From NCBI GenBank assembly GCA_001820685.1, contig MHQP01000018.1, forward strand, positions 13,881 to 77,880: 64,000 nucleotides of DNA. Direction: 5' to 3'. Origin of the DNA: Candidatus Sungbacteria bacterium RIFCSPLOWO2_01_FULL_47_32 (lineage in GTDB: Bacteria > Patescibacteriota > Minisyncoccia > Sungbacterales > GWA2-42-14). Shown here in pieces: positions 9,044 to 19,328 of this stretch. Position numbers and translations under genes: made by a program. Below the pieces are notes generated by a model. The model searched no databases and was not told the origin of the DNA. It saw only the letters and a program-made list of their open reading frames with translations. Numbering within the stretch: position 1 is the stretch's first letter; each line of letters opens with the position of its first letter.

Positions 9044-10780
9044 ATGAATTCTTGTTCATGTGATATTAAAGAGGAATTGGAAAAATACGGGCGGCCGATG
9101 CACATGGCTGAACGACCCGCCTTTCCCATCAAAGCTAGCACGGGGCCCGAAAAAGAATGCAAAACCTGGGACACAGAGGCGGCACTGCGAATGCTCTATA
9201 ATAATCTCGACCCGGATGTGGCGCTGAAACCGGAAGAGCTTATTGTTTACGGAGGTGCCGGGCGCGCGGCGCGTAACTGGCATGAATTCAATAAGATAGT
9301 TTCAGCGCTCAAAGACCTTCGCGAAGACGAAACTCTATGCATTCAATCCGGAAAACCGGTTTATGTCGCTCCGACCCATAAAGACGCTCCGCGGGTAATT
9401 CTTGCTAATTCCAATATTGTGCCAAGGTGGGGTACACAGGAAATTTTCAATGAATACGACCGCTTGGGCCTTATGATGTACGGGCAGATGACCGCCGGTT
9501 CCTGGATTTACATCGGGACACAGGGAATTTTGCAGGGGACATACGAAACCTTTAGGGCGTGCGCTAAAACCAACTTTGGCCAGGATTCGCTGGCGGGAAA
9601 ATTTGTTTTGTCCGCCGGCATGGGATCAATGTCCGGAGCGCAGCCTTTGGCGGTAACCATGAATGAGGGGGTTTTACTTGATGTGGAAGTAAGAAAGGAG
9701 CAGATTGAAAAAAAAGTGCGCGAAGGATACTGCGATATGTTGTCGGAAAATTTGGACGAAGCGCTGCGGCTTGTAAAGGAAGCGGTTGATATGCGTATTC
9801 CTCGTTCCATCGGGCTTGTCGGGAACGCGGCGGAAGTTCATACGGAATTGTTACAGCGGGGGATAATTCCGGATATTGTAACCGACCAAACGCCTGCGCA
9901 TGACATTTTAAGCTATGTTCCGACCGGAGACCTTAACGAGCTTGACCTGTTACGAGTAAAGAACCCGAAGGAATATGAGCGAAGAGCCCGCGAATCAGTC
10001 GTTATGCATGTTTCGGCAATGCTTGAGATGCAAAAGCGGGGAGCGATTGTTTTTGATTACGGAAATAATCTTAGAATTCAGGCGGAGGAAGGGGGGCTTG
10101 TCGTAAAAAACGAACAAGGAGAATTTTTGTATCCCGGTTTTGTACCTGCCTATATCCGGCCTCTTTTTTGCGAAGGAAAAGGTCCGTTTCGCTGGGCATT
10201 TTTGTCCGGCAAGACGGAGGACCAGCGCCTTGTTGATGATCTGCTTTTAAAGACGTTCCCGGAAAACATCGGGCTGAAGAGGTGGGTCGAGAAAGTTCAG
10301 AAAAAAGTTCCGGTTATCGGATTGCCAACGCGAATTTGCTGGCTTGGATACGGAGAACGGGCAAAGTTCGGTTTAGCGTTAAACGACCTTATCAGCTCGG
10401 GCAGGGTTTCGGCTCCGGTTGTTATCGGACGCGACCACCTTGATTCCGGGTCGGTGGCTAGTCCGTATCGCGAAACCGAGGGAATGAAGGACGGGTCTGA
10501 CGCGATTGCTGACTGGCCCCTGCTTAATTTTGCGCTTAACACCGCCAACGGCGCTTCTTGGGTCTCTTTTCATCACGGCGGAGGCGTTGGGATAGGAAAT
10601 GCATTGCATGCAGGTATGGTGATTGTGGCGGACGGAACCAAAGAAAAAACTAAGCGTCTTGAGCGGGTTTTGACGGTTGACCCGGGAATAGGAGTTGCGC
10701 GCCACGCGGACAGCGGTGAAGAAAGAGCTATTGAAACCGCAAAAGAAAAAAATATTAAAATACCAGGCCTGACATGCTGA
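9044..10780 (+). CDS. hutU: urocanate hydratase
   Basis: 578 aa with [10 protein letters not shown] (NAD-binding) and typical urocanase length. The N-terminal 19 aa are uncertain (alternative Met at 9101). Confidence 0.9.
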   Translation: MNSCSCDIKEELEKYGRPMHMAERPAFPIKASTGPEKECKTWDTEAALRMLYNNLDPDVALKPEELIVYGGAGRAARNWHEFNKIVSALKDLREDETLCIQSGKPVYVAPTHKDAPRVILANSNIVPRWGTQEIFNEYDRLGLMMYGQMTAGSWIYIGTQGILQGTYETFRACAKTNFGQDSLAGKFVLSAGMGSMSGAQPLAVTMNEGVLLDVEVRKEQIEKKVREGYCDMLSENLDEALRLVKEAVDMRIPRSIGLVGNAAEVHTELLQRGIIPDIVTDQTPAHDILSYVPTGDLNELDLLRVKNPKEYERRARESVVMHVSAMLEMQKRGAIVFDYGNNLRIQAEEGGLVVKNEQGEFLYPGFVPAYIRPLFCEGKGPFRWAFLSGKTEDQRLVDDLLLKTFPENIGLKRWVEKVQKKVPVIGLPTRICWLGYGERAKFGLALNDLISSGRVSAPVVIGRDHLDSGSVASPYRETEGMKDGSDAIADWPLLNFALNTANGASWVSFHHGGGVGIGNALHAGMVIVADGTKEKTKRLERVLTVDPGIGVARHADSGEERAIETAKEKNIKIPGLTC

Positions 10781-12039
10781 TCATCAAAAACGCACATGAG
10801 CTTGTAACATGCCGCTCATTAGAAAGCGGTCCGAACGCCGGCAAAAATTTCAGCACCTGTTCCGTTATTAAAAATGGGGCTCTTGTTGTTGACGGAGAAA
10901 AAATTGTTGCCGTCGGAAAAACAGAAAATATTCTGGCACGGTTTAAGAAAAAATGGGCTAGCCGTATTTTTGACGCTTCTGGAAAAATTATTCTGCCGGG
11001 CTTTATTGACAGCCATACCCATTTGGTTTTTGCCGGCTCCAGAGCCGAGGAATATCGATTGAAGCTTAAAGGACAAAGCTACAAATCACTTCATAAAAAA
11101 AAAGGCGGAATTCATTTTACGGTGGGAGAAACCAGGAGGGCGAGCGAAGATGAACTTTTTTTTCAGGCGAAGGATACTCTTGAGCGAATGTTCCGTTTGG
11201 GAACGACTACTGTTGAGATAAAAAGCGGCTATGGCCTGACGCCGGAGGACGAGCTTAAAATTTTGCGGGTTATTAAGCGGTTGAAAAAGACGGCCAAACA
11301 AGATATTGTTGCCACATTTTTAGGAGCGCATACAGTGCCGTTAGAATATCAAAATAATCGTTCTGCCTATCTGAAATTAATTATTGAAAAAATGCTTCCG
11401 GTGGTGTGGGCGAAGGACCTGGCTGAATACTGCGATGTTTTTTGCGACCCGCTCGGTTTTACCGCCGGAGAGACAACGGCAATTTTTTCTGAAGCAAGAA
11501 GATTGGGATTTAAGTTGCGCATTCATGCCGAACAAACCGCTCATTTCGGCGGTGCTGCCGTAGCGGCGCGATATAAGGCGGCAAGTGCTGACCACTGCGA
11601 TTTTTTGAACGATTCCGATATCGGATACTTAAAAAAGAGCCGAATACCAGTCGTCCTTCTTCCCGGGGTGCTTTTGCATCTTATGGAGTGGAAAAAAATT
11701 CCGTATTTTCAGGAAACAGTAAAAAAAATAAAAAAAGCCGATGTGGCTTTAGCTTTGGCCACCGATTATAATCCTGGTAGTTCTCCTGTTATATCCATGA
11801 AGCTTGTCGCGGATCTTGCCTTGCGTTTTTTCCGCATGGATTATCAGGAATGCTTGAATGCGGTAACTATTAACGCCGCGTATGCCTTAAACCGCGCGTC
11901 AGAAGTGGGGAGCATTGAACCCGGCAAGCAGGCCGATATTCTTATAGTTGACGCTTTGAGCATGAAGGACTATTTTCACGGGCCCGGTGACGGCAAGATT
12001 GATTATGTAATAAAAAAGGGTTTGATGAATAAAATATAG
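10774..12039 (+). CDS. hutI: imidazolonepropionase
   Basis: Amidohydrolase with [16 protein letters not shown]; about 420 aa; overlaps the hutU stop by 7 nt. Confidence 0.9.
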   Translation: MLIIKNAHELVTCRSLESGPNAGKNFSTCSVIKNGALVVDGEKIVAVGKTENILARFKKKWASRIFDASGKIILPGFIDSHTHLVFAGSRAEEYRLKLKGQSYKSLHKKKGGIHFTVGETRRASEDELFFQAKDTLERMFRLGTTTVEIKSGYGLTPEDELKILRVIKRLKKTAKQDIVATFLGAHTVPLEYQNNRSAYLKLIIEKMLPVVWAKDLAEYCDVFCDPLGFTAGETTAIFSEARRLGFKLRIHAEQTAHFGGAAVAARYKAASADHCDFLNDSDIGYLKKSRIPVVLLPGVLLHLMEWKKIPYFQETVKKIKKADVALALATDYNPGSSPVISMKLVADLALRFFRMDYQECLNAVTINAAYALNRASEVGSIEPGKQADILIVDALSMKDYFHGPGDGKIDYVIKKGLMNKI

Positions 12040-12167
12040 AAGCCGCAAATTGCTTTCTTGGGCGGCACCAGTTAAGGACCAGATTTATTGGGAATTAGGC
12101 TAAAAATAACGAGAAATACTGTAGAAGGCGGGAACTCTCCAAGCCCTCCAGCAAGATTTTTTTGCTA

Positions 12168-12196
12168 TTGATTTTTAGGTTGGTTTATTGTATGAT
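12168..12196 (+). promoter_or_regulatory. strong sigma70-like promoter positioned for a leaderless transcript of the 12205 ORF
   Basis: TTGATT (12168-12173), 17-nt spacer, TATGAT (12191-12196). The predicted TSS is about 7 nt downstream, i.e. at or next to the ATG at 12205. Confidence 0.45.
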
Positions 12197-12204
12197 AGCA
12201 AGGC

Positions 12205-12438
12205 ATGAAAAAGAAAAACGAAGCATATGAACTGACCCTGATACGAACACCGCTTGCGGTATTTTTAGCGTCATATAATCAAACCATACCTTCGGGCTTT
12301 CCGCGCGCTTCTACCGCAATGTTGAGAAAATTTCAGGGCACGCATCCGACGCTTTTTAAGCACGGCGATGAGTGGTCTGTTGCCCAGCACCGGAAAAAGC
12401 TCATGGATTGGCTTTCAGGAGGAGGAAATGCCGTATAA
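12205..12438 (+). CDS. hypothetical 77-aa protein
   Basis: ATG-initiated ORF directly behind the promoter. No family recognised. Confidence 0.4.
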   Translation: MKKKNEAYELTLIRTPLAVFLASYNQTIPSGFPRASTAMLRKFQGTHPTLFKHGDEWSVAQHRKKLMDWLSGGGNAV

Positions 12439-12486
12439 CCTTTCATAGCAGAGACACGGCGTTCTATACGTTAGAGTATGTAGGCG

Positions 12487-12511
12487 TAGGCTTGGCCTAA
12501 GCCGTTTTTTA
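12487..12511 (+). terminator. weak terminator/attenuator-like hairpin immediately upstream of obg
   Basis: ggctt-ggcct-aagcc (12489-12503) followed by gTTTTTT. Confidence 0.4.
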
Positions 12512-12528
12512 TCTAAAGCAAATTTCAC

Positions 12529-13506
12529 ATGTTCATAGACGACATCACAATTAAAGTTCGGGCTGGAAGTGGCGGAAGAGGCGCTGTTGCGTTCAACAAA
12601 AACCTTCATCAATACGGCCCGGCAGGCGGATCAGGCGGTGAGGGCGGCGATGTTTATGTTGAAGGGGTATCAAACCTCGGTATTTTGAGTAAGTACCGTT
12701 TTAGCAAAGAATTTTATTCTGAAAACGGCCAGGACGGCAGAGGCCAGTTTTGCGATGGAATCAATGCGGAAGACTTAACGCTTTATGTCCCGGTAGGAAC
12801 GGTCATCCATAACCTTACAACGGGGAGCAGTTTTGACATCACATCGATCGGCGAGCGCGTGTTGCTCGCGCGCGGCGGAAGAGGAGGCAAGGGGAACTTC
12901 CTTTTTCGCTCCTCCACAAATACAGCGCCCCGGCAATTCAAGTTCGGAACAGAAGGCGAGGCGTATATATTCCGGTTTGAGTTGAAGCTTATTGCCGATG
13001 TCGGGTTTATAGGACTCCCGAACGTCGGTAAATCAAGCCTGCTGAATGAGCTGACGGCGGCTAAAAGCAAGGTCGCGAATTATTCCTTTACTACTCTTGA
13101 GCCAAATCTTGGAGTGTATTTTGAACTGATACTTGCCGATATCCCCGGTCTGATAGAGGGGGCTTCCGGCGGAAAAGGACTCGGTATCAAATTCTTGCGC
13201 CATATTGAACGCACCAACATTCTTTTTCACATTATTTCGGCGGAGTCCGTGGACCCATACGCGGATTACAGGGTCATCCGAAAAGAGCTTGGGGCATACA
13301 ACAAGACCCTGCTCAAGAAAAAAGAATACGTATTTTTTAGCAAGAGCGACATGATTGTGCCCGCTGAACTGAAAAAGAAAATTTCTTTACTGAAGAAGCG
13401 GAAGCTAACTGCCCGGGTCTTTTCCATTCACGATTTTGAAAGTATTGAGAAAGTTAAGAAAATTTTAAGAGCGCTGATAAAAAAGAAGTATAAAAAACTA
13501 AAATAG
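12529..13506 (+). CDS. obg: GTPase Obg (short form lacking the C-terminal domain)
   Basis: N-terminal Gly-rich Obg fold (RAGSGGRGAVAF...GGSGGEGGDVY), G-domain motifs GLPNVGKSS and DIPGLIEGA. Confidence 0.9.
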   Translation: MFIDDITIKVRAGSGGRGAVAFNKNLHQYGPAGGSGGEGGDVYVEGVSNLGILSKYRFSKEFYSENGQDGRGQFCDGINAEDLTLYVPVGTVIHNLTTGSSFDITSIGERVLLARGGRGGKGNFLFRSSTNTAPRQFKFGTEGEAYIFRFELKLIADVGFIGLPNVGKSSLLNELTAAKSKVANYSFTTLEPNLGVYFELILADIPGLIEGASGGKGLGIKFLRHIERTNILFHIISAESVDPYADYRVIRKELGAYNKTLLKKKEYVFFSKSDMIVPAELKKKISLLKKRKLTARVFSIHDFESIEKVKKILRALIKKKYKKLK

Positions 13507-13510
13507 GTTT

Positions 13511-13999
13511 ATGAAATGCAACACACTCTTTGCGCAATTTATTTTAGGCTTTTTAACGCTCGCCTTTGTCGCAACTCCGGTTTTTACTCTTCTTGCTCAA
13601 TCAGCGCCGTCCGATGGAACAGGTTCTTTGGGTACATCTGATTCCGCCACCACTGGTTTATCGTCTCCGGCGCACGTTGCCACCTCATCTGCCTCCACGC
13701 GAGCAGAGATGATTCAGACCCAACCTATGACCCTTTCACCTGAAGCACCCACATCAGAAGACGTAGTAAGACCACAACCTGTTTCACAAAAACCGGCAAC
13801 TCTAGCGTCGTCTTCAGCAGTCTCGGCCCCGGTTTTGACTCAAACCACACCCCCGAAGCCTCAAAATGCTCCGCCAGCAAGCCCAGAAACACCTGGAACG
13901 CCCGGCATGAGTGTTTGGACGCTGATAATGATCGGCTCGGCCGCGATTGCCGCTGGAACATATGCCGCACGGCGTATGCGTTCAGGCAAGAGATCTTAA
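13511..13999 (+). CDS. Ser/Thr/Pro-rich secreted protein with C-terminal TM anchor and basic tail
   Basis: N-terminal signal peptide, S/T/P-rich low-complexity region, C-terminal MIGSAAIAAGTYAARRMRSGKRS. Confidence 0.5.
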   Translation: MKCNTLFAQFILGFLTLAFVATPVFTLLAQSAPSDGTGSLGTSDSATTGLSSPAHVATSSASTRAEMIQTQPMTLSPEAPTSEDVVRPQPVSQKPATLASSSAVSAPVLTQTTPPKPQNAPPASPETPGTPGMSVWTLIMIGSAAIAAGTYAARRMRSGKRS

Positions 14000-14086
14000 A
14001 GTAACAACGACAGCAAACACGATGACAGCCAAAACTGCAAAAATATAAAGTCACTGATCGAGCAAAAGAAGCAGGATCTAGAGGAC

Positions 14087-14504
14087 ATGGTTCGCGGCTG
14101 GCCGAGGGAGAAATTAAAGGAAATAGCAAAGGATAAGATTTTAGGAGAGCATGAGCGAGCACGAGTGGAAAAATGGGAAGATACTAGAGAAAAATATAAC
14201 GCTCTTAAAAATACAATTGAACGCCTCCAGAAAGGTTTCAACCTTTGCATGCAGAATTTTGATTTACCCGGCAGGAAAACTATTTATATCATCCACGGGT
14301 GTCCGTCGAAGGCGGAAGAATCAATGAGGCCGGAAACGCGGACATGCGACAAACACTGGATGCTGTGGATCAAAGGAAAGCTTGAAAATATTCCATAAAG
14401 CTTTGGGGGGCGAAGTTATTGAATTGAACGGCAGTGGACACTATACGTTAGGCGATATGAAGACAGAAGAGTTCCCTGAACTACTTGATGCAATTAATTC
14501 ATAG
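14087..14504 (+). pseudogene. remnant of a YdeN/RBBP9-family alpha/beta hydrolase with an internal deletion
   Basis: The N-fragment TIYIIHGCPS...HWMLWIKGKLE matches the family N-terminus (IYIIHGY...HWFPWLKK). The stop at 14396 is followed immediately, in another frame (14400-14504), by ALGGEVIELNGSGHYTL...EFPELLDAINS, the family C-terminus (GGHF...). The ~130-aa core with the nucleophile elbow is missing. A G6 tract lies at 14405-14410. Confidence 0.55.
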
Positions 14505-14527
14505 TTTTTATTTTTAATGCGACATAT

Positions 14528-15979
14528 ATGTCTCGCGGAGAACTTATAGTCAGGTTCGAAAAGGTATCATTCGGATACCGCCATACAAACCCGCTTTTAA
14601 CAGAGGTTGATTTCACAATTCGCCGCGGAGCAAAACTTACGCTTATGGGGCAAAATGGTGCCGGAAAAAGCACTATTTTTCAGCTGGTCACGGGCGCTAT
14701 AAAACCGGATTCAGGGCTCATTCATATAGCGCCGGATCTTACAACTGCCGTTAGCAGGCAAGTTGTTTCGCGAGACCAGCGCGAATTCACGGTTCGTGAG
14801 TTTTTTGAAAAATGTTTCGAAAATAAAGTGTATGATATCGATCCTAAGATTAATGCCGTGCTGAAAGTTGTAAACCTTAAGGCGGAGCATGAAAGGAAGA
14901 TAAAATCTTTTTCCGGGGGACAGCAGGCGCGCCTTCTTCTGGCCTCCGCTCTTATCCAGGATCCGGACCTCCTGCTGCTTGACGAGCCGACAAACAATCT
15001 TGATAAGGCAGGTATCGCCCACCTTACCGACTTTCTTATTAACTATAAAAAATCATGCATTGTCATTTCGCATGACGCGGATTTTCTTAACGCGTTCACG
15101 GAAGGCGTTCTCTATTTGAGCGTTTATACGAAAAAAATAGAGCAGTATGCCGGCAACTACTTTAATGTCGTCGCCGATATTTCCGCCCGCATTGAAAAAG
15201 AGAACAGAAAAAATGCCATGCTTGCGAAAGAGATCCAGCAGAAAAAAGAACAGGCTAACAAGTTCGCCTTTAAGGGAGGGCAGATGCGGCTTGTGGCAAA
15301 ACGCATGCGGGATCTTGCGGCCGAACTTGAAGAAGAAAAAGTTGATATCAGAAAAGAGGACAAAACGATCAGACACTTTACTATTCCGTTTCAAGCGGAT
15401 CTCGTCGGGGTGATTTTGCGGATTACATCATATACGGCGGTCAGAAATCATAAAACAGTAACCAGAGAGGCCGATATTTCTTTGCACAAAAACAACCGAC
15501 TGCTTCTGATGGGGCCAAACGGTACTGGCAAGACAACGCTCCTTGAGTCAATCGCTCTTGGAACCTCAAAAGGCGCTGTCGTCACATCCGGAGTTCGCAT
15601 CGGCTACTATCGGCAGGACTTTTCAATGCTTAATTTTGAGGATACGGTGTATGACTCGCTTTCTTGCGTGATGGAAAAGCTTATCGAAGAAGACCTTCGC
15701 GCCGCAGCCGCAAATTTTTTGATAACAGGAGACCTTATCCGCACAAAGATAGGCAATCTTTCCGAGGGGCAAAAAGGTCTTGTCGCATTGGCGCGCCTTG
15801 TATTGCAAAAGCCGGGACTGCTTGTTTTGGATGAGCCGACCAATCACATGAATTTTCGCCATATTCCGGTCATCGCCGAGGCGCTTAATAAATATCAGGG
15901 CGCCCTGGTGCTCGTAAGCCACGTTCCGGAGTTTGTACAAAAGATACGGATTGACGAGGTTCTTGACTTAGAAAAATAA
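14528..15979 (+). CDS. ABC-F family ATPase (two tandem ABC domains, no TM domain)
   Basis: Walker A GQNGAGKST and GPNGTGKTT; signatures LSGGQQARL and LSEGQKGLV; Walker B LLLDEPTN and LVLDEPTN. Confidence 0.85.
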   Translation: MSRGELIVRFEKVSFGYRHTNPLLTEVDFTIRRGAKLTLMGQNGAGKSTIFQLVTGAIKPDSGLIHIAPDLTTAVSRQVVSRDQREFTVREFFEKCFENKVYDIDPKINAVLKVVNLKAEHERKIKSFSGGQQARLLLASALIQDPDLLLLDEPTNNLDKAGIAHLTDFLINYKKSCIVISHDADFLNAFTEGVLYLSVYTKKIEQYAGNYFNVVADISARIEKENRKNAMLAKEIQQKKEQANKFAFKGGQMRLVAKRMRDLAAELEEEKVDIRKEDKTIRHFTIPFQADLVGVILRITSYTAVRNHKTVTREADISLHKNNRLLLMGPNGTGKTTLLESIALGTSKGAVVTSGVRIGYYRQDFSMLNFEDTVYDSLSCVMEKLIEEDLRAAAANFLITGDLIRTKIGNLSEGQKGLVALARLVLQKPGLLVLDEPTNHMNFRHIPVIAEALNKYQGALVLVSHVPEFVQKIRIDEVLDLEK

Positions 15980-16122
15980 ACTGGTTTAATGTATTACAAT
16001 TTAAAACTCGTTTTACCAATAGGTCGAACAAATTTTCCTGTAATTAGCATTTTGGGGGCGATTGTGCTATGCTGGAAAACGGTCTATCGTTTCAGTTGTT
16101 AATTGTTAAATAAAATTTAACC

Positions 16123-16776
16123 ATGAATAATGAACAAGCACCGGCGAGTTCTGCCTCAGCACCTGAACCTCGCTCACGCATCACTACAATGCTGAAGAAA
16201 TTCAATAAAAAAGTCGCCATTTTCGTTACGGTTGTCGTTGTAATCGGCGCATTCGCATATATGTATAAAGGATATTTTGTTGCGGCAATGGTCAATGGCC
16301 AGCCCATAAGCCGGTTCGCCGTGATTCAGGAGCTTGAAAAGGAATCCGGCAAAAAAGTTCTTGATGCCATGATAACCCAAAAGCTCATTAACGGCGCTGC
16401 TCAAAAAAGTGGTGTGTCAGTAACACCCGACGAGGTTGACGCTCAGATAAAAACTATCGAGTCCAGTCTTCAGGCGCAAGGAGGAACGCTTGATGCGGCT
16501 CTGCAGGGCCAAGGCATGACGCGCGAAGACCTTACAAAGCAACTCACATTAAAACTCACGGTAGAAAAAGTTCTTGCGGACAAAATTCAGGTTTCTGACG
16601 ACGAAGTGGCAAAATATATTCTCGATAATAAGATTGAGGTTCCGAAAGGACAGGAGGCTATGGCACAAACCCAGCTTAAGGACCAGCTGAAAAACCAGAA
16701 ATTCAACCAGGCTGCGGGCGAATGGGTTGCTTCCTTAAAAACTCAGGCAAAAATTAGCAACTTTGTGAATTATTAA
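16123..16776 (+). CDS. membrane-anchored SurA-N-terminal-domain-like chaperone-type protein
   Basis: N-terminal TM helix then a helical domain resembling the SurA/PpiD N-terminal domain. Start could be the Met at 16189. Confidence 0.5.
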   Translation: MNNEQAPASSASAPEPRSRITTMLKKFNKKVAIFVTVVVVIGAFAYMYKGYFVAAMVNGQPISRFAVIQELEKESGKKVLDAMITQKLINGAAQKSGVSVTPDEVDAQIKTIESSLQAQGGTLDAALQGQGMTREDLTKQLTLKLTVEKVLADKIQVSDDEVAKYILDNKIEVPKGQEAMAQTQLKDQLKNQKFNQAAGEWVASLKTQAKISNFVNY

Positions 16777-16785
16777 ATCTCACTA

Positions 16786-16815
16786 TAAGAAAAATATCCC
16801 ACAACGGGGGATATT
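16786..16815 (+). terminator. rho-independent terminator
   Basis: atatccc-acaacgg-gggatat stem-loop followed by TTTTTTA. Confidence 0.5.
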
Positions 16816-16821
16816 TTTTAT

Positions 16822-17349
16822 ATGGCAAATTTGTGGAATAAAAATAAGCGAAGCTGTATAATGGAGCATATGGAGAAACACACAAACGCATCGGAAAACG
16901 GGCCCGTTCCGCCGTTTTTACCGCCATATTTTTACGGCTTTATGCTTGTTTTAGGAATCGTTCTTGATTTTTTATTGCCATTCCCGATTTTTTCGGTGAG
17001 ATGGGCGGGAGCGGTCCTCGGCCTGGCATTAGTGCTTTCCGGCATATTTATTGTGCGCCTGGCCATCAAGGAGTTTGAGGCAAACAAGGTCAGTCACCGT
17101 TTTAAAGCGGTGGGAAAACTTTTGACCAAAGGGCCGTATGCATACAGCAGAAATCCGATGTACGTAAGCTATACTCTTATCTATAGCGGGGCAGCGTTCG
17201 CAATAAACAGCAACTGGCCGCTTATTTTACTCATTCTCGTTTTGCTTGTGATAGACCTCGGAATTGTCCGGGACGAAGAAGAGTATCTCGAAAAAAAATT
17301 CGGCGAGGAATACAGTTTTTATAAGAAAAAAGTCCGGCGTTGGATCTAA
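16822..17349 (+). CDS. isoprenylcysteine carboxyl methyltransferase (ICMT)/phospholipid methyltransferase family membrane protein
   Basis: C-terminal SRNPMYVSY...EEEYLEKKFGEEY motif of the ICMT/PEMT family; multiple TM helices. Confidence 0.75.
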   Translation: MANLWNKNKRSCIMEHMEKHTNASENGPVPPFLPPYFYGFMLVLGIVLDFLLPFPIFSVRWAGAVLGLALVLSGIFIVRLAIKEFEANKVSHRFKAVGKLLTKGPYAYSRNPMYVSYTLIYSGAAFAINSNWPLILLILVLLVIDLGIVRDEEEYLEKKFGEEYSFYKKKVRRWI

Positions 17350-17426
17350 CTCGCCCAGAATCGGCTTATGTGGAATCTTTGTGAAAATTTCATGAAACGA
17401 ACGCACACAGCACTCGCATCTTCTTG

Positions 17427-17859
17427 TGGCGGCACGTTTTAACGGGTGTGAACTCTAAAAATACTATTATAATAGTCGGAATATCCGGAGTCTTTCTTGC
17501 GGGCGCTATTTTATTAGTTATTTTTTTCCCTCCACCGTCTAGCACGTAAAAAAATTTTGTCCCCGGACAATACCCGTAGTGTCTATTCAAATCCGATATA
17601 TGGACTTTCATTCCAGTATCCAAAAAAATATTTTCTTGAAGAAAAAGAGGTAGGTACTGCTATCCGAGCGTATCATGTTCTTACTCTGACGCTTGATAGC
17701 GTCGAAAATAAGCGGATACGAGAAGGGAAAATAGCGGGGTTCCTGCCTTTTTATACCATCGAGCCGGACTACGCCAGGCGGAAAGTATTGCGTTTAATAG
17801 CGGAGCATGGCTTTATTCGGTTGCAGTCGTTTATAACGACCCAAAAGATATCATTTTGA
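17427..17859 (+). pseudogene. TM-anchored small protein split by a frameshift in a T7 tract (or an assembly error)
   Basis: The frame from GTG 17427 encodes VAARFNGVNSKNTIIIVGISGVFLAGAILLVIFF, a TM anchor, and stops at 17524. Removing one T from the T7 tract (17513-17519) joins it to the 17557-17859 frame (SPDNTRSVYSNPIYGLSFQYP...). Confidence 0.3.
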
Positions 17860-18125
17860 CTGACTACTGGGACGTTATCGTCAAAACGCTATCACTTGAA
17901 AACTGACGCTACTCGGAAAGCTCATCCTGGTAAAGAGCCGAAAAAATGAGTAATTGAGCTTTTTGACAGTCTATATTTCCTAACTTCATAAAAAATTGAA
18001 ATTTTGGCTCTTTTACTGGGTTTTTAGTATCGGTAAAGAGTGGATTACTCTGTTGAAGTGTTCTCATGTTAGGTTTATCATAAGGAGAGAAGCGGGGATT
18101 TAGCGCTTACAAGTTATAAACACAT

Positions 18126-19328
18126 ATGGCAAAAAGGAAACCTTTTTTGAAGAATAATTTTAAGAAACCAGTGAAAGTAAAGCCGAAAAGAATGCCAAAG
18201 GCTAGTGCGATACGAGCGCAAAGGAAAAAGATAAAACAAAAGAAAATTTTTCAAAAAAAAAGATTCGCTGGAGTAAGAACGCCCCGCGACGTTATACTTA
18301 TTAAAAAAGATCATGACGGACGTCTCGTAAAGCCGGGTGAAAACCCGATCCTTTCTCCCCGGCGCGAACACGATTGGGAAGCTTATCAGACATTCAACCC
18401 CGCCGCTATATTTGAGGGGGGAAAAGTGCAATTGCTCTATCGTGCGTTGGGAAGCGACGGAGTATCCCGCCTAGGACACGCCGAAAGCACGGATGGTATC
18501 ACTATTGACTTTCGTTCGGACAAACCGGTTTTTATTTGTGGACGACGCCCCGAAAAAGATAGCGCGGTTTCCTATGAGGCAATGCAGTATATTTCCGGGG
18601 GAGGATGCGGAGGATGCGAAGACCCGCGCCTTACTGTGATAGGCGATACGGTATATATGGTATATGTATCATTTGACGGATGGAGTCCGCCGCGGATCGC
18701 ACTTACTTCAATTAAGCTTGACGATTTTCTTGCTAAACGCTGGAAGTGGGCAGGTTCAAAAATAATCTCTCCTCCAGACGTTATCGACAAAAGCGGATGT
18801 TTGTTTCCCGAGATTATCCGGGGGAAGTATGTTATCTTGCACAGGATATTTCCCAATATTCTCCTTGACTATGTTGACGATCTTGAATTCAAGCACGGAA
18901 CTCATCTGAAAGGAGAATATACTATTCCTGTTCGTAAAAATAAATGGGACAGCCGAAAAATCGGCGCCGGAGCACCTCCTCTCAAGACAAAATACGGCTG
19001 GCTTCTTATTTATTATGCCGTGGATAATAAAGACGCCTCTCAATATAAAATAGGAGCGATGCTCCTTGACCTCACGCATCCGGAACGCGTCATTGCCCGC
19101 TCGGATGCTCCAATACTGGAACCGGCCGAATGGTATGAGAACGCCGGACATAAGGCCGGTGTTGCGTACCCATGCGGAGCAGTCGTGATGAACGGAACGC
19201 TTTTTGTGTACTATGGCGGAGCCGATACGGTTGTCTGCGTCGGAACGGTAAACCTCGATACGTTCATCGAGGCTCTTATGAAAAGCAAAACTCCAAAACT
19301 CAAAAAACACAAGTCAAAAATGAAATGA
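18126..19328 (+). CDS. GH130-like glycosidase/phosphorylase with a ~60-aa polybasic N-terminal tail
   Basis: ENPILSP...FNPAAI...LLYRA...GCEDPRLT motifs of GH130/DUF377 five-bladed propeller enzymes. The N-terminus MAKRKPFLKNNFKKPVKVKPKRMPKASAIRAQRKKIKQKKIFQKKRF is about 40 percent Lys/Arg. Confidence 0.75.
   Translation: MAKRKPFLKNNFKKPVKVKPKRMPKASAIRAQRKKIKQKKIFQKKRFAGVRTPRDVILIKKDHDGRLVKPGENPILSPRREHDWEAYQTFNPAAIFEGGKVQLLYRALGSDGVSRLGHAESTDGITIDFRSDKPVFICGRRPEKDSAVSYEAMQYISGGGCGGCEDPRLTVIGDTVYMVYVSFDGWSPPRIALTSIKLDDFLAKRWKWAGSKIISPPDVIDKSGCLFPEIIRGKYVILHRIFPNILLDYVDDLEFKHGTHLKGEYTIPVRKNKWDSRKIGAGAPPLKTKYGWLLIYYAVDNKDASQYKIGAMLLDLTHPERVIARSDAPILEPAEWYENAGHKAGVAYPCGAVVMNGTLFVYYGGADTVVCVGTVNLDTFIEALMKSKTPKLKKHKSKMK

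Noticed and set aside
10774-10780. Frameshift or fusion between hutU and hutI
   Set aside because: This is an ordinary 7-nt overlap with hutI starting at its own ATG, as is usual for translationally coupled genes.
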